DNA of 64,000 nucleotides from Pocillopora damicornis (Eukaryota): NCBI RefSeq assembly GCF_003704095.1, contig NW_020845796.1, positions 186,001 to 250,000 of the forward strand, read 5' to 3'. Shown piece by piece: positions 43,230 to 56,743 of this stretch (position 1 is its first letter; each line of letters starts with the position of its first letter). The notes under the pieces were generated by a model. It saw only the letters and a program-made list of their open reading frames with translations, ran no database searches and was not told where the DNA came from. The position numbers and the translations under genes were made by a program.

Positions 43230-46200
43230 TCACTGGCGGCCAAGTGTCTTTTCGTCTCCCGGGTCCAAATCGATGTTTCCCCCATAGGAGGTCCCATCCA
43301 CTTCCAGCTACAGAATGAAAATACATTGGGAGTCATCCTTAGATGAAAAAAAGGTGTTAAAATTGACTCTCAGATAAGTATTCTGTCGAGAAAGAAGTGA
43401 TATTAATCGGGGCGAGGGTATCGCGGGTACAAGGCCGTTATAATCCCACGCTGAAGGGATTTGGGTGGGTTAATAGACGGGGGAGAGAAAGAATGTTGGT
43501 GACATGAAAAACATGCAGAAATAAGCCAGCTAACTTACGTTTGAGACAAACATTAACTTTGTATAACATAATCCAGCTACAACTGTCAATACAAGGCATA
43601 TTGCAAACTAGGGATAAGTATGACCTCGAGTTTGTAAATAGATATCGAAACTAAATCTCCTTAAGTCATTTCTGAACGAGGACGTAAGACAGCGGTTCAG
43701 AACCGGTGTAAAGTTTTTGTTTGCTCTCAGACGGGCTAGTATGCAGGGCAATATTTGTAGAATTATGATTTTGCGGTGACCGGAATAAAACAGTTACAAT
43801 CAGATTAGGAATAAAAGAATAGGGTTAGAAAAGAGTTAAACTACCACGGTTGCCTACGTCCACAAGTATGGCTGACATTCTGCTGTCTCCGAACATACCG
43901 TAAATATGACCAAAACGTTTCGTCACGTGTAAACAGCAGGCTAACAACAAAAATTGTCAGGCTAAAGTGGTTGTCCAAGGAAATTGTTTATCATGTGTTG
44001 ACCAACTTATCAAGTTTATTGAAAGGGGAATTAATTGAAGAAAGAAGAGCTTGAGAGAATGGGGAAATGGATCCCCTGAAAAGGCCATAATCCAAATGTC
44101 GTTCCTCTCAGGTTGATTTACAGCAAAGTGTCCATTTTTTGCCTAAAGTGAGGGAAATTGCCCGCTGTTCTCACATTTCTGCTTCCTGTCATTCTGAATC
44201 AGCTACTTACGTTTCCTAGAGTATATCCTGCGAAGCTAAAGAACCTTTTTTTCTTCTTCTTCCTTGTGTCACTCGGGCATCTTTGACCCTCCTCCACTAG
44301 GCGTACCTTCACTTTCGTTATTTCTCCCACATCTTCAAATGGCATAATGTACTCTTCGTCACTGAAAAAGGAAGAATTACATCCATAGATTACTTCTTTT
44401 TCTCTCTTAGTCGAAGAGAGAGGGTATGGCCCTTTTTTGCACTGACCTCTGGATCAAAAGGGTCGGGAAAGATTAGTCACTGTAGAGCTACCAATTACCT
44501 CTCAGATATTTTAAATCCTAGAAAAATTGACAGATACCTTATTGTGCCTCTCTGCATTCAAGAGCGTAAATGGTTATCAGCAAAAACGTTGAAAGAAACC
44601 TACTTTTTTTTCTAAGAGCCGATAATGTTTACTTAGCTCCTTATAGGAGAATTATAACCCAGAAACCATATAATTTTTAGTACTCTCGTTACTTAAAAAG
44701 GGTATGTTAAGATATTTACTGGTTAGCGAGCAACGCCGGCATGAAGTCAGCTCGAATGATGGAACCCACCACGCGTGGTTTACCAATAGCCACAGCTTTG
44801 GTTATCGCTGAAATAATTTTTTTTGAAATGAAGATCACTTTTCTGTATAGCTCACGTTACAAGGAACGGAAAAACGCTCAAGGATGAAAAAAAGAAGAAA
44901 AAAAAAAGATCACGACCGGTTCAAAATGACGCTGCTCGTATTTCAATTCTTAGCACATTTAAATCATTTTTCGGAAGGCCAAATCACTCTTTGGAATCTC
45001 AAAACACTGTCAGTGCCATGGTTTCATGTATTCTTTGTAGCGGTGGAGATTAAAAGGACATGGTTTCTGGAGCATACCTCTCCTTTAAAAAGAGGAGATG
45101 AATAACATTGTTTCTTACGCTCCCCGTTCCTTTTCATTCTGGATCCGCCCTCCAGATGTGAGATCCCTAAAGCTTGTCACCCCTTTGGTGCCAATCAGTT
45201 GTATACAAAGTTCTGCATCAGTTCCAGATCCCCAGCCAGTTCCGGTTTTCAGGTGGAATTTGTGATCTTTGACTGTGAAAGCAACAATTTTTTGTTAAAA
45301 GTAACTATACTCAAGCTCGCCTCGAAAATGATTAGCAGATTTCAAACTGGACCGTGGTGCAAGTGTTAGATATCAGGTAAAGTCTACACAAAAAATTCAA
45401 AATGGAACCAAGTGTGGTTACCACACTTGTCATGACTAAGTTTCACTCACATTTTTTCCCCCCGTTGCAGTAAAGTTTGTCGATTTTTTTCAAATCGTTG
45501 GCATCGAAGTGCGAAGTCGACCCAAGTTTACGGTTTGGATTAGACTTCGTCTCCATAGTGTGTTTTCCGTTTTTGCTAAAGGTGTTTGTATCGTACTGCA
45601 TGACGCTGTTAAGGTCGTAAGAGACGTCTAGGTTATTCTGACGTCGCTTTTTGAACTCCGTATCATATATACCTGAATAAAAAACAAGTGTGAACATCGA
45701 CGAATTCGGAAAACAAGCATAGATGATTTCATTGATTTTACATAGCTCCTACGAGGACTTTGGTGGCAAAGGTTTGGGGGCTTGATAAAAGTTCAATGTT
45801 ACATTGAGAGGATAGAAAGTTTAGCTACAGGAAGATATAGCGCCATACCAGATTTGCAGGAGTTAGAGAGGATTCATTTCCTTTATGTAACACGCAGTAA
45901 GGTTGTGCCTTTCCTCTTTGACTGTCAACATTTCCTATTTTATCATAATAAGGACATTTATATCCTACCTTCCTGAAGATTGTCTTTGTAAACGGTAATA
46001 TAATTGTCGCGATCTTCTCTGGTAAATTCGTGATAGAATCCTAAAAGGTGCATCCACTCGTGACTTACAATCCCCATGTACTCACAACCTGTTCCCAAAT
46101 TCAACTTTTGAGGCTTGGTGCGGTACCCTATGTCAGTGTAACAGCTGAAAAAGGAATTACGATATGCATGTTAGGCTTGGAGATGCCACTGAAGTCGGCG

Positions 46201-49200
46201 ACGACAGATAATTTAAAGATGACATTTTTAGGTTACCCGTCGTTGTTATTTGTGTAAATTTGTACGTGGCCGTCATCTGCTGTCTCTTGAAAACGGAGAC
46301 ATGTGTCTCGTTCCAACTGATTGGTTACGTCTCCCACCCATTTCCTTACGGCAGCGGGTGGAGCTTAAGATGGAAACAAGAATTTTTTGTTAGCTTTTTT
46401 TTCTTTTATAAGCTGTTGTTTGATGGATCAATAATGTATAAAATTATGTTTTGAAGCTTAAATGTATCACACGAATTCCAAATCAAGAATGGGCAATACT
46501 AGCATTCTTTTCTCAATCAGCATAGCAACATTTACTATAGGTGATAACATGATTTCGCGTGCAATTTGTCGTTATAAGCACGTGTAAATATTTCAAAGAG
46601 AACAAAATTGCACGAATCCGTTAGGCGGGTGCAGTTTGTAGTCTAGGAAAAATTTACAAGTGCTTACTTACAACAAATTGCACAATAAATCATGTTGTTA
46701 CCTGTTCACGATTTACATGGAGAAAGCATTAAAGAAAGTCAAGACTGATGGAATTTTGACAGCGCCCGCGCGCCATTTGTAATTTGCACTCGAGTTAAAA
46801 ATTTGCATTCGTGTTAAAAATTTGCATACGTGTTACAACTTTGCACTCGTGTCACATGAAAAATACATTCGTTTTCATCCGATCAGATGCACGTAATTTT
46901 TCTTATTTATATTATTAAGCCTATTAAGTATGAAGACCCCTGATTCAGTTCGGTGAATCCGTTAATGATTATCAGTTTTATATCAAAAGATAAAGATTGC
47001 TTTTTTCAGTTGTTGTTTAAAGAAAATGCAGGTTAGGGTCAGAGTCACCTTCATTTTTGCGATGTTATGGCAACTGATCAAAAGAGCTCATTTACAGCTT
47101 GATTCAAACCTTCTTACAAGTTTTATTTACAGTAATTTCTAGACATATTTCCGTCGTAGGCGAGGGTTAATGTTACACTCCATTTAACTTGACGTTTTTC
47201 TGAACCATAAAACGATTAGAAATACAACATTTAGTGTTCATGTAGATCTGTGTTGACATGGCTCAAGGCTGGAGAATGACGGTATAAGAGAACAAAGGAG
47301 ACAGGGGATGCGAGAAAGTGGACTAAACATGAAATGGATCGACTTATAATCCATTGTGTTTTCAAATTAACTCTGCACTCACAGACAGCTCTTAGCGATC
47401 AGGTGGAAACCACTGTGTTAATGCTTGTGGTCTACATTGAGCTACATTTAGCTGTACGTTAATGTTTCGGATTATATATCTTATATATCTATCTGTAATT
47501 AGGAATTAATTATTTGTCTTACAGCCACGGTAACTGTAGGTGATCTTGACGATGCGTTTTCCACTTGCGTCTGTGGTAGCTTTCCAGAGATAATTTGAAC
47601 TCATTACTGCCCCTCTTTTATTCCGGATTTTCTTGTTTCCGTCAAAGGGAAGTAAAGCTGAGCAAAAGAAGAATTCCAAAAGATTTGTTATGTTAGCTCT
47701 TTGTAACCCGAAAGGATTAACACGTAACTTCCTCAAACGTTGTGAATACACTATCCAGCCAATTTATCGGCTTGAGAGTATCATTCTGATACAACACTTG
47801 CTGGCAGATCAAGTCCTTAAAACATCAAAGCCACACATCGTACATTTCATATTCAAAGGTATGCCAAATCTTGATTGCACACACGAAAATAATTTTGACA
47901 TCTCTTGACTCTCGTTAGAGCGATGTGACTGGGGACGATAAAACTTTGGGGCGAAATAACCGGGACGCTACTGAGTCGCACCTAGTAATTAGTGCTTTTT
48001 ACCTGTCACGATCCTATTCAAAACTTCTTTTGAAATTACTCAAAGGAAGAGCGACATAAATCGGCCACAAAACTTAAGAACACATTTTGTCTGGGAGAAA
48101 TGACCNNNNNNNNNNNNNNNNNNNNNNNNNNNNNNNNNNNNNNNNNNNNNNNNNNNNNNNNNNNNNNNNNNNNNNNNNNNNNNNNNNNNNNNNNNNNNNN
48201 NNNNNAAATTGATTCCCGTCAATACAGGAGGGGAGGGAGGATCAGAAGACTTTGGTTTATCACAGGGTTTTCAGAGGGAGAGGAGGGGAAGCAGTTGTGG
48301 GCAAAAGAGTACAAAGGGGNNNNNNNNNNNNNNNNNNNNNNNNNNNNNNNNNNNNNNNNNNNNNNNNNNNNNNNNNNNNNNNNNNNNNNNNNNNNNNNNN
48401 NNNNNNNNNNNNNNNNNNNNNNNNNNNNNNNNNNNNNNNNNNNNNNNNNNNNNNNNNNNNNNNNNNNNNNNNNNNNNNNNNNNNNNNNNNNNNNNNNNNN
48501 NNNNNNNNNNNNNNNNNNNNNNNNNNNNNNNNNNNNNNNNNNNNNNNNNNNNNNNNNNNNNNNNNNNNNNNNNNNNNNNNNNNNNNNNNNNNNNNNNNNN
48601 NNNNNNNNNNNNNNNNNNNNNNNNNNNNNNNNNNNNNNNNNNNNNNNNNNNNNNNNNNNNNNNNNNNNNNNNNNNNNNNNNNNNNNNAAATGTCGAATAT
48701 AAGGCTGTGTAATGAAGCATTATACAGTGTGTATACGGAACAATATACTGATGTATATACTACCTCGTTCGACGTAGGTCGTGTCTGGGAATGTTTCACT
48801 CTCGCCATCAACAGCCGGCTTATCATCATTCACGATTAGGTCTGGAACAGCTGCGAAATCACAAGAAAAATCAAGTTATGTTCAATATTCTATGCTAATG
48901 TTATTTTTATATTGATTTTTCACGGAGAACCCCTCCCCTCCTCCTGATCTTCCCTAACGCAAAAGCTCACACCTCTTCAAAAGATAGTCAGACCGATAGG
49001 CATGCTGATGAGGTGAAAAAATTGATGGAAAAAAAGATGCATCAAGCCTGCGCTTAGCATCCATGTAGGTTCATCGGATAATAAGAACATATGTTTCATG
49101 TGATGGAGAGCAGAATCGGGGAGGCCAGGGGGGAGAAGAGGAACATATTCATTTATTTTTATTTGAAGCTTGGACTTAATCGCATCCATTGAGTGTAAAA

Positions 49201-51265
49201 AGGACGACTATCTAAAGTGGTTTGTTAATGCTCAAAATCTTGTTTGATGTTTGCAGCAACCATATTACTATTAAATAAGACTTTTCTTTTAAACATTTTC
49301 GGGAAAAGAATTTATTTTCGTTTGAGTGAATCGTGGCATCAACAACCCGTAACAGACGTAACGCGCATATTTCTTGCTACTTCTCTCTCTCTCCCTTGAT
49401 GTGTGAAATCCCTTTTATTAAAAACCATAAAGTTTAAATGCCCCACCCAGTGGACGCATCATCTTATCAAATACAACAAGAATAACCTGTGAAAAGGAAA
49501 AAGAGAGGGTTGAAGCCTCTATTAAAAATCATTCACAATTACCGCGCTTTGAGTCCGTGTTGGCTACCACTGGATAAATTTCCTCTTTACCGTTGGGAAG
49601 ATCATCGACAGTTCCATCCATTTCTACTGAAGAAGTAAGAAGCGGTCAAAGTAATTGCTTAAATAGATCATCCGTGAAGATTTGATGATTGTGAAAATGG
49701 ATAACTATGAAGCACAAACTGCCAAATGATTAGCAAACTGTTTTTGACGGTCTGATGAAGAGGGGGGTTATCTAACGTCGTTCTCTAAAATACATGTTGT
49801 GCTATCATTCACTTTAATCATACAACAGTAATGTAAAAAAAATTGAATGTAAGCTCTCCTTGCTAACATAATTTGGCATCTGAGCTTAAGAAATGAATCA
49901 TTTTAACTAAATTACAACAGTCTGTTAGTCTATCTGCCTTAACTCTCTGAGTTATAACCAAGGAAGGAAGGAAGTACTGTCCCTGGAACTCGAGGGACCT
50001 GCGGAGTCAATCATTTAAGAGAAAATGATAGAGACTTGGGATGAAATGGAGGCCTGGATTAACTGACGAATATTCAAGGGCGATCATTATGTAAGAAGCT
50101 AATTGACATTGTTACTCAGCATCGTTCACACGATTCTCTATCCCATCCTTACGGGGGTCATTTGAAGTATCTAAAATCGTAAGTTAAATTACGTTAGACA
50201 GCTTGGTGTCCCAGTGATGGGGATCATCATTACCTTGATAACTGCGACAGTTATTATATTGTAATTTCTAATAATCATTCTGTGCGTCATTATCAATGCC
50301 ATTATCATAACCGTTATCGTTTTCATTCAGTCATTTCCATTGTTGTTTTCTTTTTCATTGATATCGTCATCATCATCATTATTGTTTTCTTTTTTTTACC
50401 TTTTTAGTGCTCGCATTCATTATGAAATTAAATTATTTTGACGCCCAGTGCTCGATTTCATGGAAGAAATTTCTGTTACGTAAAAACAGCGAGGTGGCCG
50501 TATTATTGATGTTATGGCAGGTCTTTCTCTTGTCTTTTTTTGTGTCTTGTATTTTGTCTCTTTTATCTGATTTCTTTTTTTCTTGCAATTGAAGAAAGAG
50601 ATCAATCAGTTTTAATTGGTTAGTTTTCACTCTTGTCACCAACAAGTCGCTAATCAGCGTAATATGATTGAAGACAAAATTTCAAAGATCTCCTCAAAGT
50701 CACACTAAATGAAACCACAACTGGTCTTGAATGATCTCTAACCACCGAATGAAAATTCGTGAATGGAAATGAGCAGTGCAAAACTTCTTGTTTTTCTTTA
50801 CTTCTTCAAGTTTCAGTTCAGTGAATTAAGAGAACATCTTTATTTTGAATATATTCTGTTTTTGTTCACTGACTTTTCTGACAGGTAAATAAGGGGCTTA
50901 CTCAGCTATGTCTTGAATGGAACTTTCAATACATTTTCAGAATGAAAAAATATCCATGTCAAAATCTAACTCATATCTAAAATGTGCAAGGCACAGAATC
51001 AAAACATTAAACTTTTGAAACTCAATAAATATTGAAGCTGCTAAAGAACACTTATGATCAGATTCATAATCTCCTAGGACTAAATATTAGGCAAACATGC
51101 GCGCGATCTCTCAACAAAATTCGTGTTACAGTCCATGTGGCATTTCTACTTAAAAAATAAAGAGAGGAGACTCTGAGTGAGTGCCTTACCATATGATCCC
51201 CAGGGCAAAGTCAGCGCCGATGCCACAATCGTCAACAAGAAGATTTCTTTTAGTAGAAACACCAT
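43230..51265 (-). CDS. Secreted astacin (M12A) zinc metalloprotease with C-terminal PLAT/LH2 domain, >=10 exons, ~429 aa
   Basis: Exons 51265-51190, 49626-49543, 48850-48764, 47657-47523, 46363-46237, 46144-45969, 45672-45451, 45272-45119, 44361-44211, 43307-43230 (1290 nt, in frame; the gaps could hide more exons). Signal peptide MVFLLKEIFLLTIVASALT, furin site RNKR, TCLRF, GCYTDIG, HEWMHLLGFYHEFTREDRD, Met-turn SVMQY; PLAT signature KTGTGWGSGTDAELCIQLIGTKG..ERG..DVGEITKVKV. Confidence 0.9.
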
Positions 51266-53409
51266 GTTTCCTCTCTGACCTGATCTTAGCTGAGGTAGAT
51301 CAAGAATTGCAGTTTTGACGATGATCGATCCCTTAAATAATCCAGTCTAGGTGTGATCCTATGGCGGTTTGGTTATAACTTGCTATTAATTGAATAATAT
51401 CTGCAGTGTAATTACATGCGACAGGTTTTTTTCAAAGATTACTTTCTAATTTTACAAATATCAATATTTTTATGATCTCAAGTTTGTTTCTGAGGAATAA
51501 TTTCCCACAGCTAGAGATAATTAGATGACCGCAATTATTAGAACCGAAATTGCTTCAATTTGCCGTTGCAATACAGGAAACGACTTTACATTTATCAAAG
51601 ACTTAATAATTTGAGTTTGTTTTAAAAGTTAAACAGATTTCTAATCATATACCTCGATCAATCATACTTAAAATCAATTACCTCAAGTTTTTTGTTTTTT
51701 CTGAATTCATCAGTCGAGATCTTTAAGCAGGTTTTTCGCCTAGATTGGTACGTATTTATACGTTAAGTCACCAGTCATAATATTTCAATCTGCCGCTGTG
51801 ACACATATCATTATTTAAAATCCCCGTGTGATACGTCATTTGAGCACTCTGCAGCAAGCTTCATTTCTGGAATCATTATCGACTTGCACCAAAGCGTTTT
51901 CTTTTTCGTGAGCGGCTTTAATTGTGTCATTATTTTTTTAATATAACGATGACACCTTAGTTGCTTTAATTGCGTAGAAATTGTATGATCACCGTGATGC
52001 TGTAATTACGAACGAACGGATCGTTTTTAGAGAATGACTCCTATAGCTTAAAAGTATTTAGACGGTTACTGGTCTTTGGGTATCCGTACTGATAAAAAAT
52101 TGTTTTTTTTTTTTGGTAAAATATTGTGGATGAGATGACACGATCAGTATTCCAGAGTTTGAGCTTGCCCTAAAAGCTAGCTTTGGTATCAATCATGTAT
52201 GTTTAATTACCTTTCCAATCATTTATCACCAAACAAAACTATCCCCAATAAAAATTATTTTAGCTATCTATTTATCACGAGATATTTGTCCTTACAAGTC
52301 TTGTTTGGTTAAGTGTTTCAGGAAAGGAAGGGAAACGGTAATCAAGTTTGCACGTCCCAATATATTTTTGTTCTGTATATTATGGCCTGAAAGAAGATAA
52401 CAACACGGCATTGGATAGACGTCATATTTGGAATCATTTTAAATTGCCTTTAAAGTCGTTTACTTCTTGTTATCGCCCTTATGGGTGACACTGCTGTTTT
52501 TTGATATGGACACGAAATCCTAATCATTATCTTATCGTGTAATAATTGTAGGGATCACGTGAAATCTTTTAATGATATCCATCTTATTTTTGCGCTAATT
52601 ATACCTCAAGTGTTCGTTTGATGAAAACCTGTCATGGAATATAATAATGATAAATTAATAAACTATCTAAATGCGCTATAGCTACTTCATTATCTATTGC
52701 AGCTTTAGATCTTTTTGGATAAGGGGGATTTTTTTAATTAAATTCTTAAGCTGTAGAAATGGCAAACAAGAAAAAAAGGTAGATTAGATTTTAATTTTCT
52801 ATAAGTAAATAGCTTAAATATCATTTTAATGTCGGGTGTGAAATTAGATGTTTTTTATTAAAGAACTTCAGAAATTTCATTGAAAAAATGTTGCAAAGTT
52901 GGTTATCATCAGTTGTGAAAGCTCCTTCAGATATACATAATGATTTCCATCTTTAGTTTTCATTCATGATTCTTGAACGCCGACACATTCGAAGTTTTTA
53001 CATTTCTTTCGTCCCCACTAGTAAGCCCATGAGCGCTGAAACATTGTTTTTACAGGAGTCTATAGAAAAATAGAAGTCGAATCAACTAAAAAAGAGCAAC
53101 GTCCGAATTGGCAAAAAGAGAGATCGAACGCCCATCGTTTGTCAGTTTAGAACGAGGAAGGTGAAAATCAAATATATATGTCGTGCTTTCACTGGTTTTA
53201 CAAAGAAATTCCGATAATTTTGCCTTTTTCTGTCACGTATCCTGTAAACACGGTATTCAAACTCAGTAAACATCCCTTGGATGGATCAACTGAAATATTC
53301 GAATACGCAGTGCATAGCTAGGTCACCTCGTACTACCCTGGAAACGAGCTCCACGCTATTCGCCCGCAATGCTACAGCGGTGTACCGGTGGAAACTATTC
53401 GAATTCAAA

Positions 53410-55838
53410 ATGGCGGACGAAGAGAGGAGAAAGGGAGAAAAGAAAGGAACAAAATCCAAGGGGAAGCCAAAATTCCGCTGGAAGAAGCCGGCAAATTTAC
53501 TTAACATTGGGAACAAAGAGAAGGGTAGGCGTTTTTAGATTAGATTTGGGAACTTAAAGGAGCTAGTCATCTCTAATTTGTCTTGAAGAAACCTAGCTTG
53601 CATAAACTGAACGTTTGTCTTTATTTAACATTGTGTATATATAGGCCACGCATTTGCTGAGAAACGGAAGAAGATGGCTCTTAAGGAATACAAAAAGCTA
53701 CTGAGGAAAACAAGGGAGCAACATGAGAATCGTCAGTCAGCAGACAACAGAGATAATCCTCCACGTTTGCAACGTCCAACACGTGTCGCAGATGTGAATA
53801 CAACTGGAAAGGTTTGCCTCTCCCGAACTTACAAATTTTTAGTGACATATCAGAAGAGTGAGTGGCCCTAAACTTCTGGTTTTTTAATACAGAACGAAAC
53901 AGAAAGTCAGGGAGTGCGAAGACCAAAATCTCAACAGTAAGTCAATGTAGTTATCATTTCCCGATCGGAAGTAAAATCAACCCAAAAATAGTGAATTGTT
54001 CCCAGCCCATAATTCTGTGTTTTTCTAACGTTTTGATGGTAGATGCGAGCGAGAGAGCGAGCAGTCAGTAGTGGAACCTTCTCTGCTCGTCCAAACCTTG
54101 CCTTTTCTTCCTTTATTATTTGGGATGCTTATTCAGGGTTCTCATTATGAGATGTAACATCAGGAGGACATTTTTAAAGTAGCAGGAGAAAACTTTTCGT
54201 ATCTGAATTTAAAACAGCTCTAGCCATTGGAATTTTGGTTTAACTATTTTACAAAAGGTATATTGTGGTATTTAAAGAAAGCACAGGAATGATGGACTGA
54301 CATGCACAGTTTTATGGAGTAGTGTGTAATAAGCCTTGGTTGACCTGCTAATTTGTGCCAATAGTGATTAACCCTTTCCATCCTAACATCAGTTTGCATA
54401 TTCTCCATACTGTTCTCTGTACATTTCCATGGGTGCTGACAAGGAGAATTTATTGAACAATCAAGTTGCTTCTTTGGCTGTTGATCATTTTCTTTATTCT
54501 CATGACCTTAATGTGTGATACAGGGGTGATATTGTAAGGAGAAATTACTTGTAGACGCTAGTAACTCCTAAGGGTTAAGGCTGTTCATTGCCATGTTCAC
54601 CCTTCAAGCACCTGTTTAATACACTGCGTTGCCATGGAAAGTGTCATAAAATAAAAATAAAACTTATAGATTATATAGATCATTAATTATAGGTGTATAT
54701 TCATTGAACAAACCCTAATGAAGAGAAGTTTGTGACTTTTCATGCTCCTTGTTTCTTTGTGCTCCTGCAAGGAAGCGGAAACAAGTCAACAAATTCATGG
54801 CAGCTGAAAGTGATTTTAAGAAAAGAAAAATGGAGAAGGAACAGATGATTAAGGTTTGTTGAATTGACCAATGTTTAAAAATGTGTTTAAGCTAGATGTA
54901 GTTGATATGGTAATCATAATCTTAAATATTTTTTCTAGTTCAATTAACACCTGTTTTCTTCATTAGAGAGATGGTATTCTGATTGAATACACTTACAGGG
55001 TCTTCAATGTGAAAGTTTATGTGGGATGACACAGTCAGTCAACCTCTCTATGTGCACTGTGACTTGTGTTTAGGAAAGCTGAAGGGCCTGTAAATTAAGG
55101 GCCTGTGCTACGTCTTGCTACACATGCACAATGCAGTGCTACAATAACCTGACGGAAGGGTGAAACATGATACAATGTCTGGATTTTAAAAAGTTGAAAT
55201 AAGGGAGTAGAAATAGCTGCAATACTTCACAGGATGTTTGAAAGCAAACAAAAATCAAGTGAGAAAAACTGACGGCATAAGAAACAAGGCAACCTTACAT
55301 GTACAAGGGATCTTATTTTCCTTTGAATCCTCTGAATACTCCCAAACACCCAATAATGCTGGTCCTACCTCTTCCTCCAGCTGTATGAATATTTACTTTC
55401 TGATTTATTTGTTCCTACATGTATGTCACTGAAACATGTTTGAGCCAGGGCTCTCCAGATTTATTATTCTGCTACATGTACCTGACCCTCTCTTACTTAT
55501 TTCCTCCCCTCAGTATCTATCTCCACTGTTTCACACTCAAGAGGAATGAACCAAAAAAAATCAGATCTTTCTTTACAATTGAAAAACCCATCATCATCAT
55601 TTCTTTTGTCAATAATACTTTGCCATGGCATTTCTCACTAAGTTTAGTGTGCTGATTATTTTCTTTCAATGTGTAGGAAAGGGAAACAATGATACAAAAA
55701 CACAGAGACGAGGTTCAGGAAAAGATGAAAAAGCGCAGAGAAACCTTTGGTCGGTTGAATCGACGAACAAGGAAAGGCCAGCCAATTATGGCCAACCAAA
55801 TTGAACATCTTCTTGATAAGATTCAATCTCAGACTTAA
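53410..55838 (+). CDS. CCDC59: Thyroid transcription factor 1-associated protein 26 / FYV7-like nucleolar protein, 5 exons, ~189 aa
   Basis: Exons 53410-53524, 53645-53811, 53893-53936, 54772-54853, 55677-55838. Contains GHAFAEKRKK..EYKKLLRK and C-terminal RRTRKGQPIMANQIEHLLDKIQ (TAP26/FYV7 motif). The ATG lies in a YY1-type AAAATGGCGG context. Confidence 0.88.
54368..54578. mobile_element. TTAA-target MITE
   Basis: TTAA-CCCTT ... AAGGG-TTAA; related partial copies at ~58180-58375 and ~63425-63605. Confidence 0.75.
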
Positions 55839-56545
55839 AAAGTAGCAATGCAATAACCCATATGGGGAAAATCACAGATGAATGCTGCTCTAGAGAAGTA
55901 TTGATAACCAGATTGAAGGAAATATATTGAACCAGTGGTATTGAGATTGGCAACCGTTTGGACATTAACTGGACAGAGATCATCCTTAGCAGCAAATGTG
56001 GTTTATGGATAAATATGTTTTAAAGCTATATTCTCTCTGGCAAATGAGTGTCATGCCTTTGATTGTACTTTGTGAGCTGTTACAGAAAGGTTTACATGTG
56101 CTTTATGGATCTTTCATGTGAAGTAAAAAAATTGGAAAATTTATCAGTTCTCTCACATTTAAAAGTGATACTGTTGTCTTACAATAGTAGCGGTGTGGTT
56201 CAAAGCTATCAGTCAGAAAGTCCCTCAGCCTAGAACTTGCCAACAATAGTAACACAATTATCCTGCACAGGATTATTGACAGATATTTGTGTTTCAGTGT
56301 TCACTCATTCAAAAATCTTGTATTTTACATGGTATTTTAAGGCTTGTGAGCCACTCAAAAAGTGCAGCATAAAAGCTGCTTGTGATATGTGGAAAAAATA
56401 CAAGAAATCGCTCAATGGGATGGCGTCAAGCCTTAACCTTACAGAAGTGATTAACATCTTACTTTGTTTAAATATTGATACATTATCCAGCTAGCTGGAT
56501 GTGTGAATGATAACTTCAAATTCTCAGAACTGATTTGTAAGCACA

Positions 56546-56606
56546 GTAATTTGGCATTATCAACTGAGTCAGTTGGTAGCCAACTCAGTGGATAGTACCA
56601 AATTAC
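56546..56606. repeat. Imperfect palindrome/short MITE between convergent genes
   Basis: GTAATTTGGCATTATCAACTGAGT ... ACTCAGTGGATAGTACCAAATTAC inverted arms. Confidence 0.6.
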
Positions 56607-56743
56607 CTTGTTATTATCTCCTGTATAACACCACTGTTTCTTTAAAATCTTACCTCCTTTATTGATTTGTAAATAAGTCTGGCAATTGTAAGGGCGAATT
56701 ACAAAACAGATCCTGGGAGGTTAAAGGTCAAATTGAGATGTTG

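Noticed and set aside
46260-46454. Track ORF MYVAVICC... labelled minus strand
   Set aside because: The translation actually reads on the plus strand and is antisense to a real astacin exon (46363-46237).
48100-48839. Long ORFs in the track
   Set aside because: Artefacts of N gaps.
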